DNA of 64,000 bases from the NCBI GenBank assembly GCA_963847705.1, contig CAWKBC010000027.1, positions 64,001 to 128,000 of the forward strand. Reading direction: 5' to 3'. Position 1 is the first letter of the stretch, and each line of letters begins with the position of its first letter. Shown here in pieces: positions 9,253-17,987 of the stretch. The notes beneath the pieces were generated by a model. It was not told the DNA's origin. It made no database searches and saw only the letters and a program-made list of their open reading frames with translations. Origin of the DNA: an uncultured Pseudomonadota bacterium (GTDB lineage: Bacteria; Myxococcota_A; Polyangia; Fen-1088). Made by a program: the position numbers and the translations under genes.

Positions 9253-10995
9253 CTACTCTCCACCCTTCGGATAGTCGCTGGCAGGCGATCGCGGGGACGC
9301 AGCCGGGCTCTGCCCGGCGGAGTCCGTCGCGCGAGGGTGCGGGAACCCTTCCAGGGTTCCTGCGCCAAATTGCTCACTGGCGCCGCCGTAGGGAAATTCG
9401 CTGGCGCCGCCGAGCCCACGCTCGCTGGCGCCCATCATCATCCGCTCGCTGGCCCCCGCGTAGGTCAGCTCGCTCGCCCCGCGCATCATCCGCTCGCTGG
9501 CGCCGGCGTACATCGTCTCGCTGCCGCCGCGCAGCCGTCGCTCGCTGGCGCCCGCGTACATCAGCTCGCTGGAGCCGCCCAGCAGCATCTCGCTGGCGCC
9601 CATCATCCACAGCTCGCTGGCGCCCCCCAGCCGGAGCTCGCTCGAGCCGAGCCAGGAACGCTCGCTGGCCCCGAGCGACATCCACTCCGAGCTGCCGGGC
9701 GCGACATGACCTTCTCCAGCTTCGCCCGTCCCGAACCGCTCGAAGCCTCCCGAGACCGCCACCTGGCGCTTGTACTCCCAGGTGCCGAGCACCCGCCGCT
9801 CGGCGCGCGCGCCGAGGCCGCGGATGACCACCTGCCAGGGGCCATAGACGACGTGCACGCGGCCGTTCTCGGTCCGCACCGAGATCTCACCGCTGTCGCG
9901 AACCTCCACCACCGACGAGGGGACCTCGATCGGGTAGGTGAACGGTCCCGACTCCCACTCCGTCCGCAGGAGCGGCCCCACCCACTCGGTCCGCTTCACG
10001 TCGCCGGTCCACTCGGCGCCGCTCTGCTCCTGCCACTCCCAGCGACGGCCCACGGCGCGGTTGCCGCCGGGCGCCGGGAATCCCCCGAAGTGCTCGGTCC
10101 AGTCAGCCCAGCTCGGCGTCTCGCCGCCGGGGCCGGGTCCACCGCCGGGGGCGCCGCCCGCCTCGCCGCCGTGCCCGCCGGCCGCGGCGCCGTTGCCCGG
10201 GGCCCCGCCGTGGTGGTGCCCCTGGATCTCGCCGCTGGCGCGCACGGTCAGCCATTCGACCGGGCCGCCCGGCATCGGCTCGCGGCGCGGAAACTCGGCG
10301 CGCCCGGAGCGGACGATCTTGGCGAAGTAGCCCTCTTCGGACTTCAGACCCACCTCGACGGTGGCGCTGGAGGTCGGCTTGTTGATGACGAAGAACCACT
10401 GGCGATCGTGCCGCTCGATCCGGTGGTCGAAGTAGCTGTGCGCGTTGGTGCCGTCGAACAGGCGCCCGCTGATGTCGTAGACGCGCAGGTTCAGCCAGGC
10501 GTTGGCGCCGGCCGGGCCCAGCCCCGCGCGCGCCGCCGCGACCGCGTCGTCGGTGACCTCCCAGTAGACGTAGAGACGCTCGGGATCGATGACCATCGCG
10601 GTGACGCGGTCGTGGCCGTAGCCCCAGGGGATGTGCTGGGGCATCGGCGCGGCGTCGACGGCCGGGCCGAGATCGAACTTGGGCGGGAACGACGCCATGC
10701 CGTTCTCGGTCGCCGGCGCGGAGCCCGGCGTGGTTCCGTTGCCGGACGCCGAGCGGGCGATCGCGGCGCGCAGACCGTCGAAGGCGACCTTGACCCGACC
10801 GGCCAGATCTTCTTTCACCAGCTTGGAGACCCCGCTCAACCCCAGGGTCTGGGCGCAATCGAGCAGCTGCTTGCGCGTCGCCTGGTCGAAGAGCTCTTCC
10901 GAGGTGAACGAAGGGAGACGAGCGTCCGCCTTTTGCCCCACGATCACGAGGATCTGTGAGGCGAGATCGATCTCCGATGTCATCTCAGGTGGCAT
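9253..10995 (-). CDS. DUF4912 domain protein with C-terminal 8-aa GASE repeats
   Basis: YGHDRVTAMVIDPERLYVYWEV ... LRVYDI ... QWFF matches the DUF4912 pattern; typical neighbour of GH57. Start is 10995 or 10983. Confidence 0.8.
   Translation of the reverse strand: MPPEMTSEIDLASQILVIVGQKADARLPSFTSEELFDQATRKQLLDCAQTLGLSGVSKLVKEDLAGRVKVAFDGLRAAIARSASGNGTTPGSAPATENGMASFPPKFDLGPAVDAAPMPQHIPWGYGHDRVTAMVIDPERLYVYWEVTDDAVAAARAGLGPAGANAWLNLRVYDISGRLFDGTNAHSYFDHRIERHDRQWFFVINKPTSSATVEVGLKSEEGYFAKIVRSGRAEFPRREPMPGGPVEWLTVRASGEIQGHHHGGAPGNGAAAGGHGGEAGGAPGGGPGPGGETPSWADWTEHFGGFPAPGGNRAVGRRWEWQEQSGAEWTGDVKRTEWVGPLLRTEWESGPFTYPIEVPSSVVEVRDSGEISVRTENGRVHVVYGPWQVVIRGLGARAERRVLGTWEYKRQVAVSGGFERFGTGEAGEGHVAPGSSEWMSLGASERSWLGSSELRLGGASELWMMGASEMLLGGSSELMYAGASERRLRGGSETMYAGASERMMRGASELTYAGASERMMMGASERGLGGASEFPYGGASEQFGAGTLEGFPHPRATDSAGQSPAASPRSPASDYPKGGE
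9361..9696 (-). repeat. 14 tandem 24-bp (8-aa) G-[AS]-S-E-x4 repeats
   Basis: GSSEWMSL GASERSWL GSSELRLG GASELWMM GASEMLLG GSSELMYA GASERRLR GGSETMYA GASERMMR GASELTYA GASERMMM GASERGLG GASEFPYG GASEQFGA. Confidence 0.9.
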
Positions 10996-11078
10996 GAAGG
11001 TGTAACTCCCACACGATAGTCTTTTTGATCGGGCTTGGGCGGAAAAAGTTCGAACCCGCGCGGTAAGCTGCGGCGGCC

Positions 11079-12116
11079 ATGAGCGTGCGCAAGAGCTGGG
11101 CGCAGGAAATGGAGTCCGTTTACTTATATGAGGCTTTGGCTGATTCGGATTCCTCTCCCGAAAGACGGGCTCTTTTCGCGCAGTTAGCCGGCGAGGCCAA
11201 ACTGCAGGCGGCCATCTGGGCGGCCGAAGTCCAGAAAATCGCAGGGGAAACACCTGAGGGATTCCGCCCTTCGGCGCGCGCCCGATTCGTGGCGGCGCTG
11301 GTCCGCTGGCTCGGTCCGGAGCGGCTCCGGAGCGTGCTCGCCGGCATGAAGGTCCGTGGGATGTCGGTCTACCGGGCCCTGCCGGGCCCGACCGGGCACG
11401 CCATGCCCCATTCGGTCGAGGAGGTCGGCCGGAGTCACCGAGAGCACGGCGGCGGCGACAACCTCCGGCCGGCGGTCTTCGGGGCCAGCGACGGTCTGGT
11501 CTCGAACCTCTGCCTCATCCTTGGTGTCGCCGGCGCCAGCGCCAACAGCCACACCGTGCTGATCACCGGCGTGGCGGGCCTCCTGGCCGGGGCCTTCTCG
11601 ATGGCGGCCGGCGAGTACGTCTCGGTGCGCTCGCAACGCGAGATGTTCGAGCACCAGATTGGCGCCGAGCGGGACGAGCTGCGGCAATATCCTGAACAGG
11701 AGGCGGCGGAGCTGTCGCTCATCTACCAGGCGCGTGGGCTGGCCAAGCCGGACGCCGATCGCGCGGCCACCCACCTCATCGCCGATCCCGACCGGGCGCT
11801 CGACACGCTGGCGCGCGAGGAGCTGGGGCTCGATCCGGGCGGGCTGGGCTCGCCCGTCGGCGCGGCCCTGTCGTCGTTCGCCTCGTTCGCGGTCGGGGCC
11901 GCGGTGCCGCTCGGGCCCTTCGTGCTCGCGGCGGGGCGCGGGGCGCTGGGCGCGTCGGTGCTCCTGACGGGGGTCGCGCTGTTCGGGATCGGCTGCGCGA
12001 TCAGCCTCTTCACCGGCCGCGGCGCCCTGCGCAGCGGCGCCCGCATGCTGCTCATCGGCGGCGCGGCGGGGGGCGTGACCTACGCGATCGGCCGGTTGGT
12101 GGGCGGGTCCGTCTGA
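11079..12116 (+). CDS. VIT1/CCC1 Fe/Mn transporter with N-terminal rubrerythrin-like domain
   Basis: AVFGASDGLVSN, AGAFSMAAGEYVSV, EELG; N-terminal E-x5-Y...LAGE helical domain. Confidence 0.88.
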   Translation: MSVRKSWAQEMESVYLYEALADSDSSPERRALFAQLAGEAKLQAAIWAAEVQKIAGETPEGFRPSARARFVAALVRWLGPERLRSVLAGMKVRGMSVYRALPGPTGHAMPHSVEEVGRSHREHGGGDNLRPAVFGASDGLVSNLCLILGVAGASANSHTVLITGVAGLLAGAFSMAAGEYVSVRSQREMFEHQIGAERDELRQYPEQEAAELSLIYQARGLAKPDADRAATHLIADPDRALDTLAREELGLDPGGLGSPVGAALSSFASFAVGAAVPLGPFVLAAGRGALGASVLLTGVALFGIGCAISLFTGRGALRSGARMLLIGGAAGGVTYAIGRLVGGSV

Positions 12117-12176
12117 ACAGGCGATCGGTTGGTCCTGGGCTTGGCGGCGGTGCGGGGCGCTGCTAGACCAGGGCGC

Positions 12177-12635
12177 ATGTCCCAACACAAAGCGATCGTG
12201 AACTGGAAGTCGGACAACGAGAACTTCGCGCAGGGGAAGTTCACCCGCATCCACAGCTGGAGCTTCGACGGCGGGGCGGTGGTCGCCGCGTCGGCCTCGC
12301 CGTCGGTCGTGCCGGCGCCCTACTCGAGCCCCGCGGCCGTCGATCCGGAAGAGGCCTTCGTCGCCTCGGTGTCGAGCTGCCACATGCTCACCTTCCTGCA
12401 CGAGGCGCGCAAGGCCGGCTTCCGCGTCGACGCCTACGACGACGACGCGGTCGGCGAGATGACCAAGAACGAGCGCGGCGTCCCCTGGATCAGCAAGATC
12501 ACCCTCCACCCGCGCATCGTCTACAGCGGCGACAAGCGCCCCACGCCGGCCGACGAGGAGGTGCTTCATCACAAGGCGCACGACGGCTGCTTCATCGCGC
12601 AGTCGGTGAAGACCGAGATCGTCGTCGGCGAATAG
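12177..12635 (+). CDS. OsmC-family protein
   Basis: DPEEAFVASVSSCHML, AHDGCFIAQSVK. Confidence 0.92.
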   Translation: MSQHKAIVNWKSDNENFAQGKFTRIHSWSFDGGAVVAASASPSVVPAPYSSPAAVDPEEAFVASVSSCHMLTFLHEARKAGFRVDAYDDDAVGEMTKNERGVPWISKITLHPRIVYSGDKRPTPADEEVLHHKAHDGCFIAQSVKTEIVVGE

Positions 12636-12682
12636 CGCGCCCGGCGCTCTGGCAAGACGCGCCCGCGCTTTCGAAAAACGGG

Positions 12683-13492
12683 TCAGCGCTTTCGAAAGAT
12701 CACCTGCGCCATTTTCCAGCGCACGGGCGCGGCTTGCCGCGCGCCGGACGCCAGCGCGTCGAGCGCGTCACCCAGGCGATCGAGCTCGCCCGCCTCGACG
12801 TTGGCGGCGATGAACGGATCTCGCCTCCAGGTCCGGAAGTTGAGCGCGTGCAGCCGCGTCGCGACGGCGGCCGGCAGCACCACGGGCACGGTGTCGGCCC
12901 GCTCCACCGCGAAGGTCTCGGCCGGCGCCAGCGCCGGGAGATCGCGGCCGACGTAGGTGCGCTGGCCGCGCGCCGCCTGCATCGCCTCGACCAGCTCGTA
13001 GTAGCGGATGAGCGTCGCATCGTCCGACGTCATCGCCTCGACCTCTTCCAGCGCCAGCCGCCCCCGGGGCCTGAGCGCGTCAGCCCAACGCCCGAGCGCC
13101 GCGGCGGCGTCGGCCAGGTGGGTCACGATGAAACGGCCGTAGAGCAGGTCGGCGGGCGGCGCCGGGAACGGGATCCGCGCGATGTCGTGCTCTCCGAACG
13201 CCACCCCGCGTGCGCCCTGCCGCCAGGCGCGGGCCAAGAACCGCGGCGAGCTGTCGAGCCCGATCGTCGCCCCGGCGCCGGTCGCCGCGTGCACGAGCGC
13301 CGTCGTGTAGCCGGGCCCGCAGCCGAGATCGATCGCCAGCCGCACCGGCTCGCGACCCAGCCGCGACGCGAACGCGCGGGAGCTCGGTGCGAAGGCCTCC
13401 GCGAGCAAGCGCAGCCGCTCGGCCGCGACGTCGTTGTCGCCGAAGGTGTAACTCAGGGCCTCGGAAGGTCGGACGGTTTCCAGTTGGGACAT
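12683..13492 (-). CDS. Class I SAM-dependent methyltransferase (trans-aconitate MT-like)
   Basis: IDLGCGPGYTT, GLDSS, LRPRGRL motifs. Confidence 0.85.
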   Translation of the reverse strand: MSQLETVRPSEALSYTFGDNDVAAERLRLLAEAFAPSSRAFASRLGREPVRLAIDLGCGPGYTTALVHAATGAGATIGLDSSPRFLARAWRQGARGVAFGEHDIARIPFPAPPADLLYGRFIVTHLADAAAALGRWADALRPRGRLALEEVEAMTSDDATLIRYYELVEAMQAARGQRTYVGRDLPALAPAETFAVERADTVPVVLPAAVATRLHALNFRTWRRDPFIAANVEAGELDRLGDALDALASGARQAAPVRWKMAQVIFRKR

Positions 13493-13534
13493 GGCGTTCC
13501 GGCTCGCCACGGTGTCCCCTCGAACGCGATCCCC

Positions 13535-13569
13535 AAAACGCGAAGAGGCGACCACCGCGGGTCGCCTCT
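13535..13569 (-). terminator. Attenuator-type intrinsic terminator upstream of the methyltransferase
   Basis: Perfect 10-bp stem AGAGGCGACC/GGTCGCCTCT (13544-13553 with 13560-13569), followed on the minus strand by TCGCGTTTT. Confidence 0.7.
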
Positions 13570-13594
13570 CCTTTGTTTGTCTAATTGTTGGTGT

Positions 13595-13717
13595 CTAGAC
13601 TCGGGGCGCCCGGTGTTCGTTCGCGCGCCACCACCAGCGGGCAGCGCGCCCCTCATACGAATATGAGGGCGCATATGAAGGCGAAAACGAAAACGAACGA
13701 ACCGCGGCGGGCGTCAT
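13595..13717 (-). CDS. Putative Trp (aromatic amino acid) attenuator leader peptide
   Basis: MTPAAVRSFSFSPSYAPSYSYEGRAARWWWRANEHRAPRV*; three tandem TGG codons at 13628-13636; stop is 25 nt before the terminator stem. Confidence 0.7.
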   Translation of the reverse strand: MTPAAVRSFSFSPSYAPSYSYEGRAARWWWRANEHRAPRV

Positions 13718-13817
13718 CGGACCTTGATCCATTCTGCCCACGCGCGGCCGAGCCGTCAACGGTCCCCCCCGTTCGTTTGGGGACGCACAAACGTCCCCGG
13801 ACGAACGCGCCGCGACG

Positions 13818-14828
13818 CTACTTCTTCTTGCGGGCGCCGCCACCACCCGGGGCGGGCGCGGCGTGCGAGGGGGGCGGCGCCGCGTGCATCGCGGGCGGAG
13901 GCCCCCCGCGCGGGGCCGGGCCCGGCGCCGGGGCCGGGTGCATGCCGCCGCCGGCGGGGCCGCCCATGTGCTCGGGGCCGCCAGCCGGGTGCATGCCGCC
14001 ACCGGCGGGGCCGCCCATGTGCTCGGGGCCGCCAGCCGGGTGCATGCCGCCACCGGCGGGGCCGCCCATGTGCTCGGGGCCGCCAGCCGGGTGCATGCCG
14101 CCACCGGCGGGGCCGCCGTGCTCGGCTTCCCGGTGCTCCATCTCGCGGTGCTCGGCTTCCCGATGCTCCACCTCGCGGTGGTCGGCCTCGCGGCGGTAGG
14201 CCGGCGCCTCACCGCGGAAGCCTCCGGGAGGCGCTCCGGGCGCGCGGCGCCAGGCAGTCGAGTGCTCCGGCGATCCGCGCCAGACGCGCGGCTCATACTG
14301 AGGACGCGCGCGCCAGGCTGCCGGTCCGCGGCCGCCCATGTAGCCGTACTCGCGGTAACCGCCGGGACCCTGCCAGTAGCCGCGGTAATAGACCATGCGG
14401 TCGCCTTCCCAGACGAAGCGCGGACCGAAGTAGAGGTATCCGGCGCGCTGGGGAGCCCAGTAGCCGCTCTGCCAGTCCCAGTCGTAACCGGTCCAGTCCC
14501 AGTAGCCGGCGACCCAGTAGTAGCCGTAGCCAGGAGCCGGCGGCTGGTACTCGGGGATCGGATTGGGAATCGGGGAGGTCGGATAGATGGTCGGATCCAT
14601 CGCGACGACGGGCTGCGGGGGAGGGGGCGGCGGCGCCTGCTCGACGTACGCCGGCTGGGGCGGCGGCGCTGGCGGCTGCTCGACGTAGACCGGTTGCGGC
14701 TGCGGTGCCACGTAGACGGGAGCGGGTGGCCCCACGTAAAGAGCCGGCGGTCGCATGTAGCATCCCGCCACGAAGGCCGACACCGACACCAACACGGACG
14801 AGCCTACCAACCAGGGGCGCAGGTTCAT
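13818..14828 (-). CDS. YXWGXW-repeat, Pro/Gly-rich lipoprotein
   Basis: Lipobox VAGC, Pro-rich linker, GYYWVAGYWDWTGYDWDWQSGYW, Gly/His/Met-rich tail. Confidence 0.75.
   Translation of the reverse strand: MNLRPWLVGSSVLVSVSAFVAGCYMRPPALYVGPPAPVYVAPQPQPVYVEQPPAPPPQPAYVEQAPPPPPPQPVVAMDPTIYPTSPIPNPIPEYQPPAPGYGYYWVAGYWDWTGYDWDWQSGYWAPQRAGYLYFGPRFVWEGDRMVYYRGYWQGPGGYREYGYMGGRGPAAWRARPQYEPRVWRGSPEHSTAWRRAPGAPPGGFRGEAPAYRREADHREVEHREAEHREMEHREAEHGGPAGGGMHPAGGPEHMGGPAGGGMHPAGGPEHMGGPAGGGMHPAGGPEHMGGPAGGGMHPAPAPGPAPRGGPPPAMHAAPPPSHAAPAPGGGGARKKK
13935..14118 (-). repeat. About 3.6 near-identical 51-bp tandem repeats (GGPAGGGMHPAGGPEHM)
   Basis: Direct repeat visible in both DNA and protein. Confidence 0.85.
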
Positions 14829-14982
14829 GGGGCACTCTCCCTCGATTTTTCGAGTCGTGGCACGGTAGCACGCCCCCAAGCGCACCATCCATGAAAAAGG
14901 AAATGGTGAAAGTGGCCGCCGGCATGAGCTGGCGTGGGCTTCGCTCGAGGTGTGAGACGCGGCCCGAGGGCCCCGCCGCCCG

Positions 14983-16917
14983 CTACGTTCGCTCGGTCTC
15001 CTGCCGTCGGCGCCGCCTGAAAAGCAGGGCCGAAAACAGACCCAGCATGACGAGGGCCGATCCCCGCCGGTCACTTCCGGAGGGGGCGCCGAGCGTGCAC
15101 GAGCAGCCCGAAGAGCTCTCGGCGGCCGAGCCACCGGTCGCGGTCGCGCCGCCGGTCCCGAGCGGTCCCGTTCCCCCGGTGCCTGTGGCCATGGCTCCGC
15201 CGGTGCCTGTCGTCGGGCCGACCCCGGCGTCGAAAGCCGTCCTGCCGCCGGTGCCCGTCGTCGTGGTTCCTCCTGTGCCCGCATCGCCGCCCGTTCCAGC
15301 GCGACCTGCCGAACCTCCCGATGCCCCCGATGTTCCCGAGCCTCCCGTCCCTCGCGAGCCCGCCGTTCCACCAGCGCCCCCGCCGCTCCCCGTGGTGGAC
15401 GCGCCTCCGGTTCCTGGGCTCCCGCCGGTGCCGCTCGCTCCGCCGGTCCCGGGGGCCGCGGTCGCGCCGTACTCGTACGCGCCGAGGTCGGGGGCGGCGC
15501 CCACGAACGGAAGGCCCACGTCGGTCCCCTTGTCGATCATCTGGCTGCCCGCGGCCAGCTTCAAGAAGTCGACGGCCGGCATGCTGCCGTCGGCCGCGCG
15601 AGGTCCGAGCGCGCCGGAGGACTCGACGCTCACGCCTGTCATCGAGACGCTGGGGTCGGTGATGCTGGCGAAGTCCTTGGCGGCCGGCGTGAGGTCGAGA
15701 TCCCAGGTGTTGAACATGGTGTCGACGCCGGTCATGTTGGTGTTCTTGTTGGGGTAGCCGATGTTGTTCCGCATGATGTGGACCAACGAGCCCGTCAACG
15801 TGATGGTCGTGTCCGGCATGCCGGCGGGGCTGGCCAGCATGTTGTATTGCGTGCCGTTCATGAACGACGTGTTGTTGTACCAGGTGTTCCCGCCGGTCGA
15901 ATGGTTGGCGTAAAAACCCGACGCCTTGTTCTTCCAGGCGACGTTGTTCTGCACCAGGTGCCGCACGCCGGTCTGGCTGCTCCCCATCTTGAAGCCGTTC
16001 CCGTTTCCGTCGGCCGGGTTGAAGGTGCCGTACATGGCGTAGCCGTTGCCCATCGCCCACGAATTCTCGACGGTGACGGGGACCTCCTGGTTGATGAGAT
16101 CGTAGCCGTCGTCGGAGTTCCACCAGGAGCGGCAGCCGCGGATGATGGTGGTGGCGCCGGTCGTCTGGTAGTGGACGCCGAAGCCGTCGGCGTTCTGTCC
16201 CTGTCCCTGCGATGAGGTCGCGTCGTAGTTGTCGTGCGCGTCGCAATTGAGGATCTGGTGGCCGCCGGCCGTCTTGCTGCCGATGAAGATCCCGTTGCCG
16301 CTGTTGTGGTGCATGTTCAGCAGCTCGAAGATGTCGTAGCCGCCCCCGGTCACCGCCACGCCGTTGTTGGAGAAGGTGTTCATCGGGACGTAGCGGATCT
16401 CCAGCCCCTTGAAGTGCAGGTAGCTCGCGTTGATGACGAACCCGTGCGTGTAGCCGGTGGTCGAGATGACCATGTTCGTGAAGTCGAAGACCGGCACCTC
16501 GGCCTGGTAGGCGAAGAAATTGATCGGGTTGGTCGCCGTCCCGCTCTTGGTGAAGTTGATGCCGGCGCCCGTGGTGGCGGGTGTGGTGATGCTGTAGGTC
16601 CCGCCCCGGATGTAGACCGTGTCACCGGCGACCGCCGTGTTGACCCCCTTTTGCAGGGTGGCGAAGGGCGAAGCCAGGGTGCCCGCATTCGAATCGCTGC
16701 CGGTGGTGGCCACGTAGTAGTCGGTGGCCTGGGCGCTCCGCGCCGCGAGCAGCGCGGCCAGCACGCTCAACCCGGCCAGAAGTCCCGAGCGCCGATCAAA
16801 GACCCGACCCGAGAACCCACCCAAGGAGCCAACCAAGAAGCCAACCAAGGAACCACCCAAGAAGCCAACCAAGGAACCACCCAAGAACTCAACCAAGACC
16901 CGATCTGAAGATCCCAT
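14983..16917 (-). CDS. PL9 pectate lyase-like beta-helix protein with Gly/Thr linker and MYXO-CTERM
   Basis: YYVATTGSDSNAGT, GDTVYIRGGTY, NADGF, WWNSDDGYDL, GNGNGFKMG, GAAPDLGAYE; C-terminal SSGCSC..TM..RRRRR. Start uncertain. Confidence 0.85.
   Translation of the reverse strand: MGSSDRVLVEFLGGSLVGFLGGSLVGFLVGSLGGFSGRVFDRRSGLLAGLSVLAALLAARSAQATDYYVATTGSDSNAGTLASPFATLQKGVNTAVAGDTVYIRGGTYSITTPATTGAGINFTKSGTATNPINFFAYQAEVPVFDFTNMVISTTGYTHGFVINASYLHFKGLEIRYVPMNTFSNNGVAVTGGGYDIFELLNMHHNSGNGIFIGSKTAGGHQILNCDAHDNYDATSSQGQGQNADGFGVHYQTTGATTIIRGCRSWWNSDDGYDLINQEVPVTVENSWAMGNGYAMYGTFNPADGNGNGFKMGSSQTGVRHLVQNNVAWKNKASGFYANHSTGGNTWYNNTSFMNGTQYNMLASPAGMPDTTITLTGSLVHIMRNNIGYPNKNTNMTGVDTMFNTWDLDLTPAAKDFASITDPSVSMTGVSVESSGALGPRAADGSMPAVDFLKLAAGSQMIDKGTDVGLPFVGAAPDLGAYEYGATAAPGTGGASGTGGSPGTGGASTTGSGGGAGGTAGSRGTGGSGTSGASGGSAGRAGTGGDAGTGGTTTTGTGGRTAFDAGVGPTTGTGGAMATGTGGTGPLGTGGATATGGSAAESSSGCSCTLGAPSGSDRRGSALVMLGLFSALLFRRRRRQETERT
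16814..16897 (+). repeat. Seven degenerate 12-bp tandem repeats ending CCAAG
   Basis: aacccacccaag gagccaaccaag aagccaaccaag gaaccacccaag aagccaaccaag gaaccacccaag aactcaaccaag. Confidence 0.85.
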
Positions 16918-16995
16918 TCCTACAACAGGGTCGCCAAGATCCCGATTGGTGCAGGGCGGGGGGCGCAGCCCGACGAGCTCGCTGGCGAAGGGGAC

Positions 16996-17907
16996 CTAAA
17001 ACGTTGAAATCGTTCTGCGCAGGCCGATCTGCCTCTTCAATCGCTCGGTGAGGGGAACGTTCAGGACGTTCACCGTCTTCGTGACGTGGGTGGTCGAGAG
17101 CGCCACGAGATTCCCCTTCGGGAGCACCGCGATCCCGCAGCCGGCGAAGGGGACGTCATCGCCCTCCTCGACGAGGATCCGGAAGTCGAGCTTGGTGGTC
17201 GACGTGCGGCAGGCGATCGCGCCGGTCACCAACGCGGCATCGATGGCGAACGAATTCTCCGGCGGGCCGAAGAGAAGGGGCTGATCGAACGTCACCGCCA
17301 CCGATCCGAAGGTGTCGACGTGTCCGTCGGTGAACTGGCTGAGGCGGGGCTGGAACTCCTCACCGTCGATGATGCGGTTGATCGCGCTGGCGACCACATG
17401 CGCGGCCCAGTCGGTGACGGTTCGAAGCGAGGCGTTCTCGGAGCCGTCATGAAGCCTCACCGGAAGGTTGCCGTCGAGGTAGTTGCACTCACGGCGGTCG
17501 ACGCGTCGGAAGGTGACCTTGGGCTGCCCCACCGATTCGAACCAGCGAACTTGATCGATCCCGTGCGACGGGTCGGCGAGCGGTTCGAACGACCAGGGGA
17601 CCACGGCATGGTGGCGCGCGCTTCGGATCGCCGGCTTGGTGTATCCGCTCGCCGAGACGATCGCGTGCGAGGTCGGCCCCGGCCGGTCCTTGAACTTCGC
17701 GCAGAGCTGCTCCACGTCGGCCGCGTCGAGCGGCCGGGCGTGCTCCTCGGCCTCGATCCCGTGGAACGCCGTCACGTGGCCCTCCTTATCCCGCGTGGTG
17801 ATGGTGACGTCGACCGCGCTCTCTCCGGGAACGACTTCGACGTTTTCGGGTCCAGCGGGAACGGAGAGGAGACCGACCAGGTGGTGGACATCGACTGGTG
17901 TCAGCAT
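16996..17907 (-). CDS. Mrr-like PD-(D/E)xK restriction-endonuclease-fold protein, catalytic motif degenerate
   Basis: VDVTI...GIEAEEHARPLDAADVEQL...AIVSASGYTKPA resembles Mrr_cat, with EAE in place of E-x-K. Confidence 0.55.
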   Translation of the reverse strand: MLTPVDVHHLVGLLSVPAGPENVEVVPGESAVDVTITTRDKEGHVTAFHGIEAEEHARPLDAADVEQLCAKFKDRPGPTSHAIVSASGYTKPAIRSARHHAVVPWSFEPLADPSHGIDQVRWFESVGQPKVTFRRVDRRECNYLDGNLPVRLHDGSENASLRTVTDWAAHVVASAINRIIDGEEFQPRLSQFTDGHVDTFGSVAVTFDQPLLFGPPENSFAIDAALVTGAIACRTSTTKLDFRILVEEGDDVPFAGCGIAVLPKGNLVALSTTHVTKTVNVLNVPLTERLKRQIGLRRTISTF

Positions 17908-17987
17908 ACGGAGCGTCAGAGTCCAGCCGGGCGCGCTTTCATCGAATCCCTTCTGGAAGCGGGGCCATCGACAACCTCAGCCGTTGG

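Noticed and set aside
16814-16897. CRISPR array
   Set aside because: The 12-bp tandem units have no spacers and there are no cas genes in the window.
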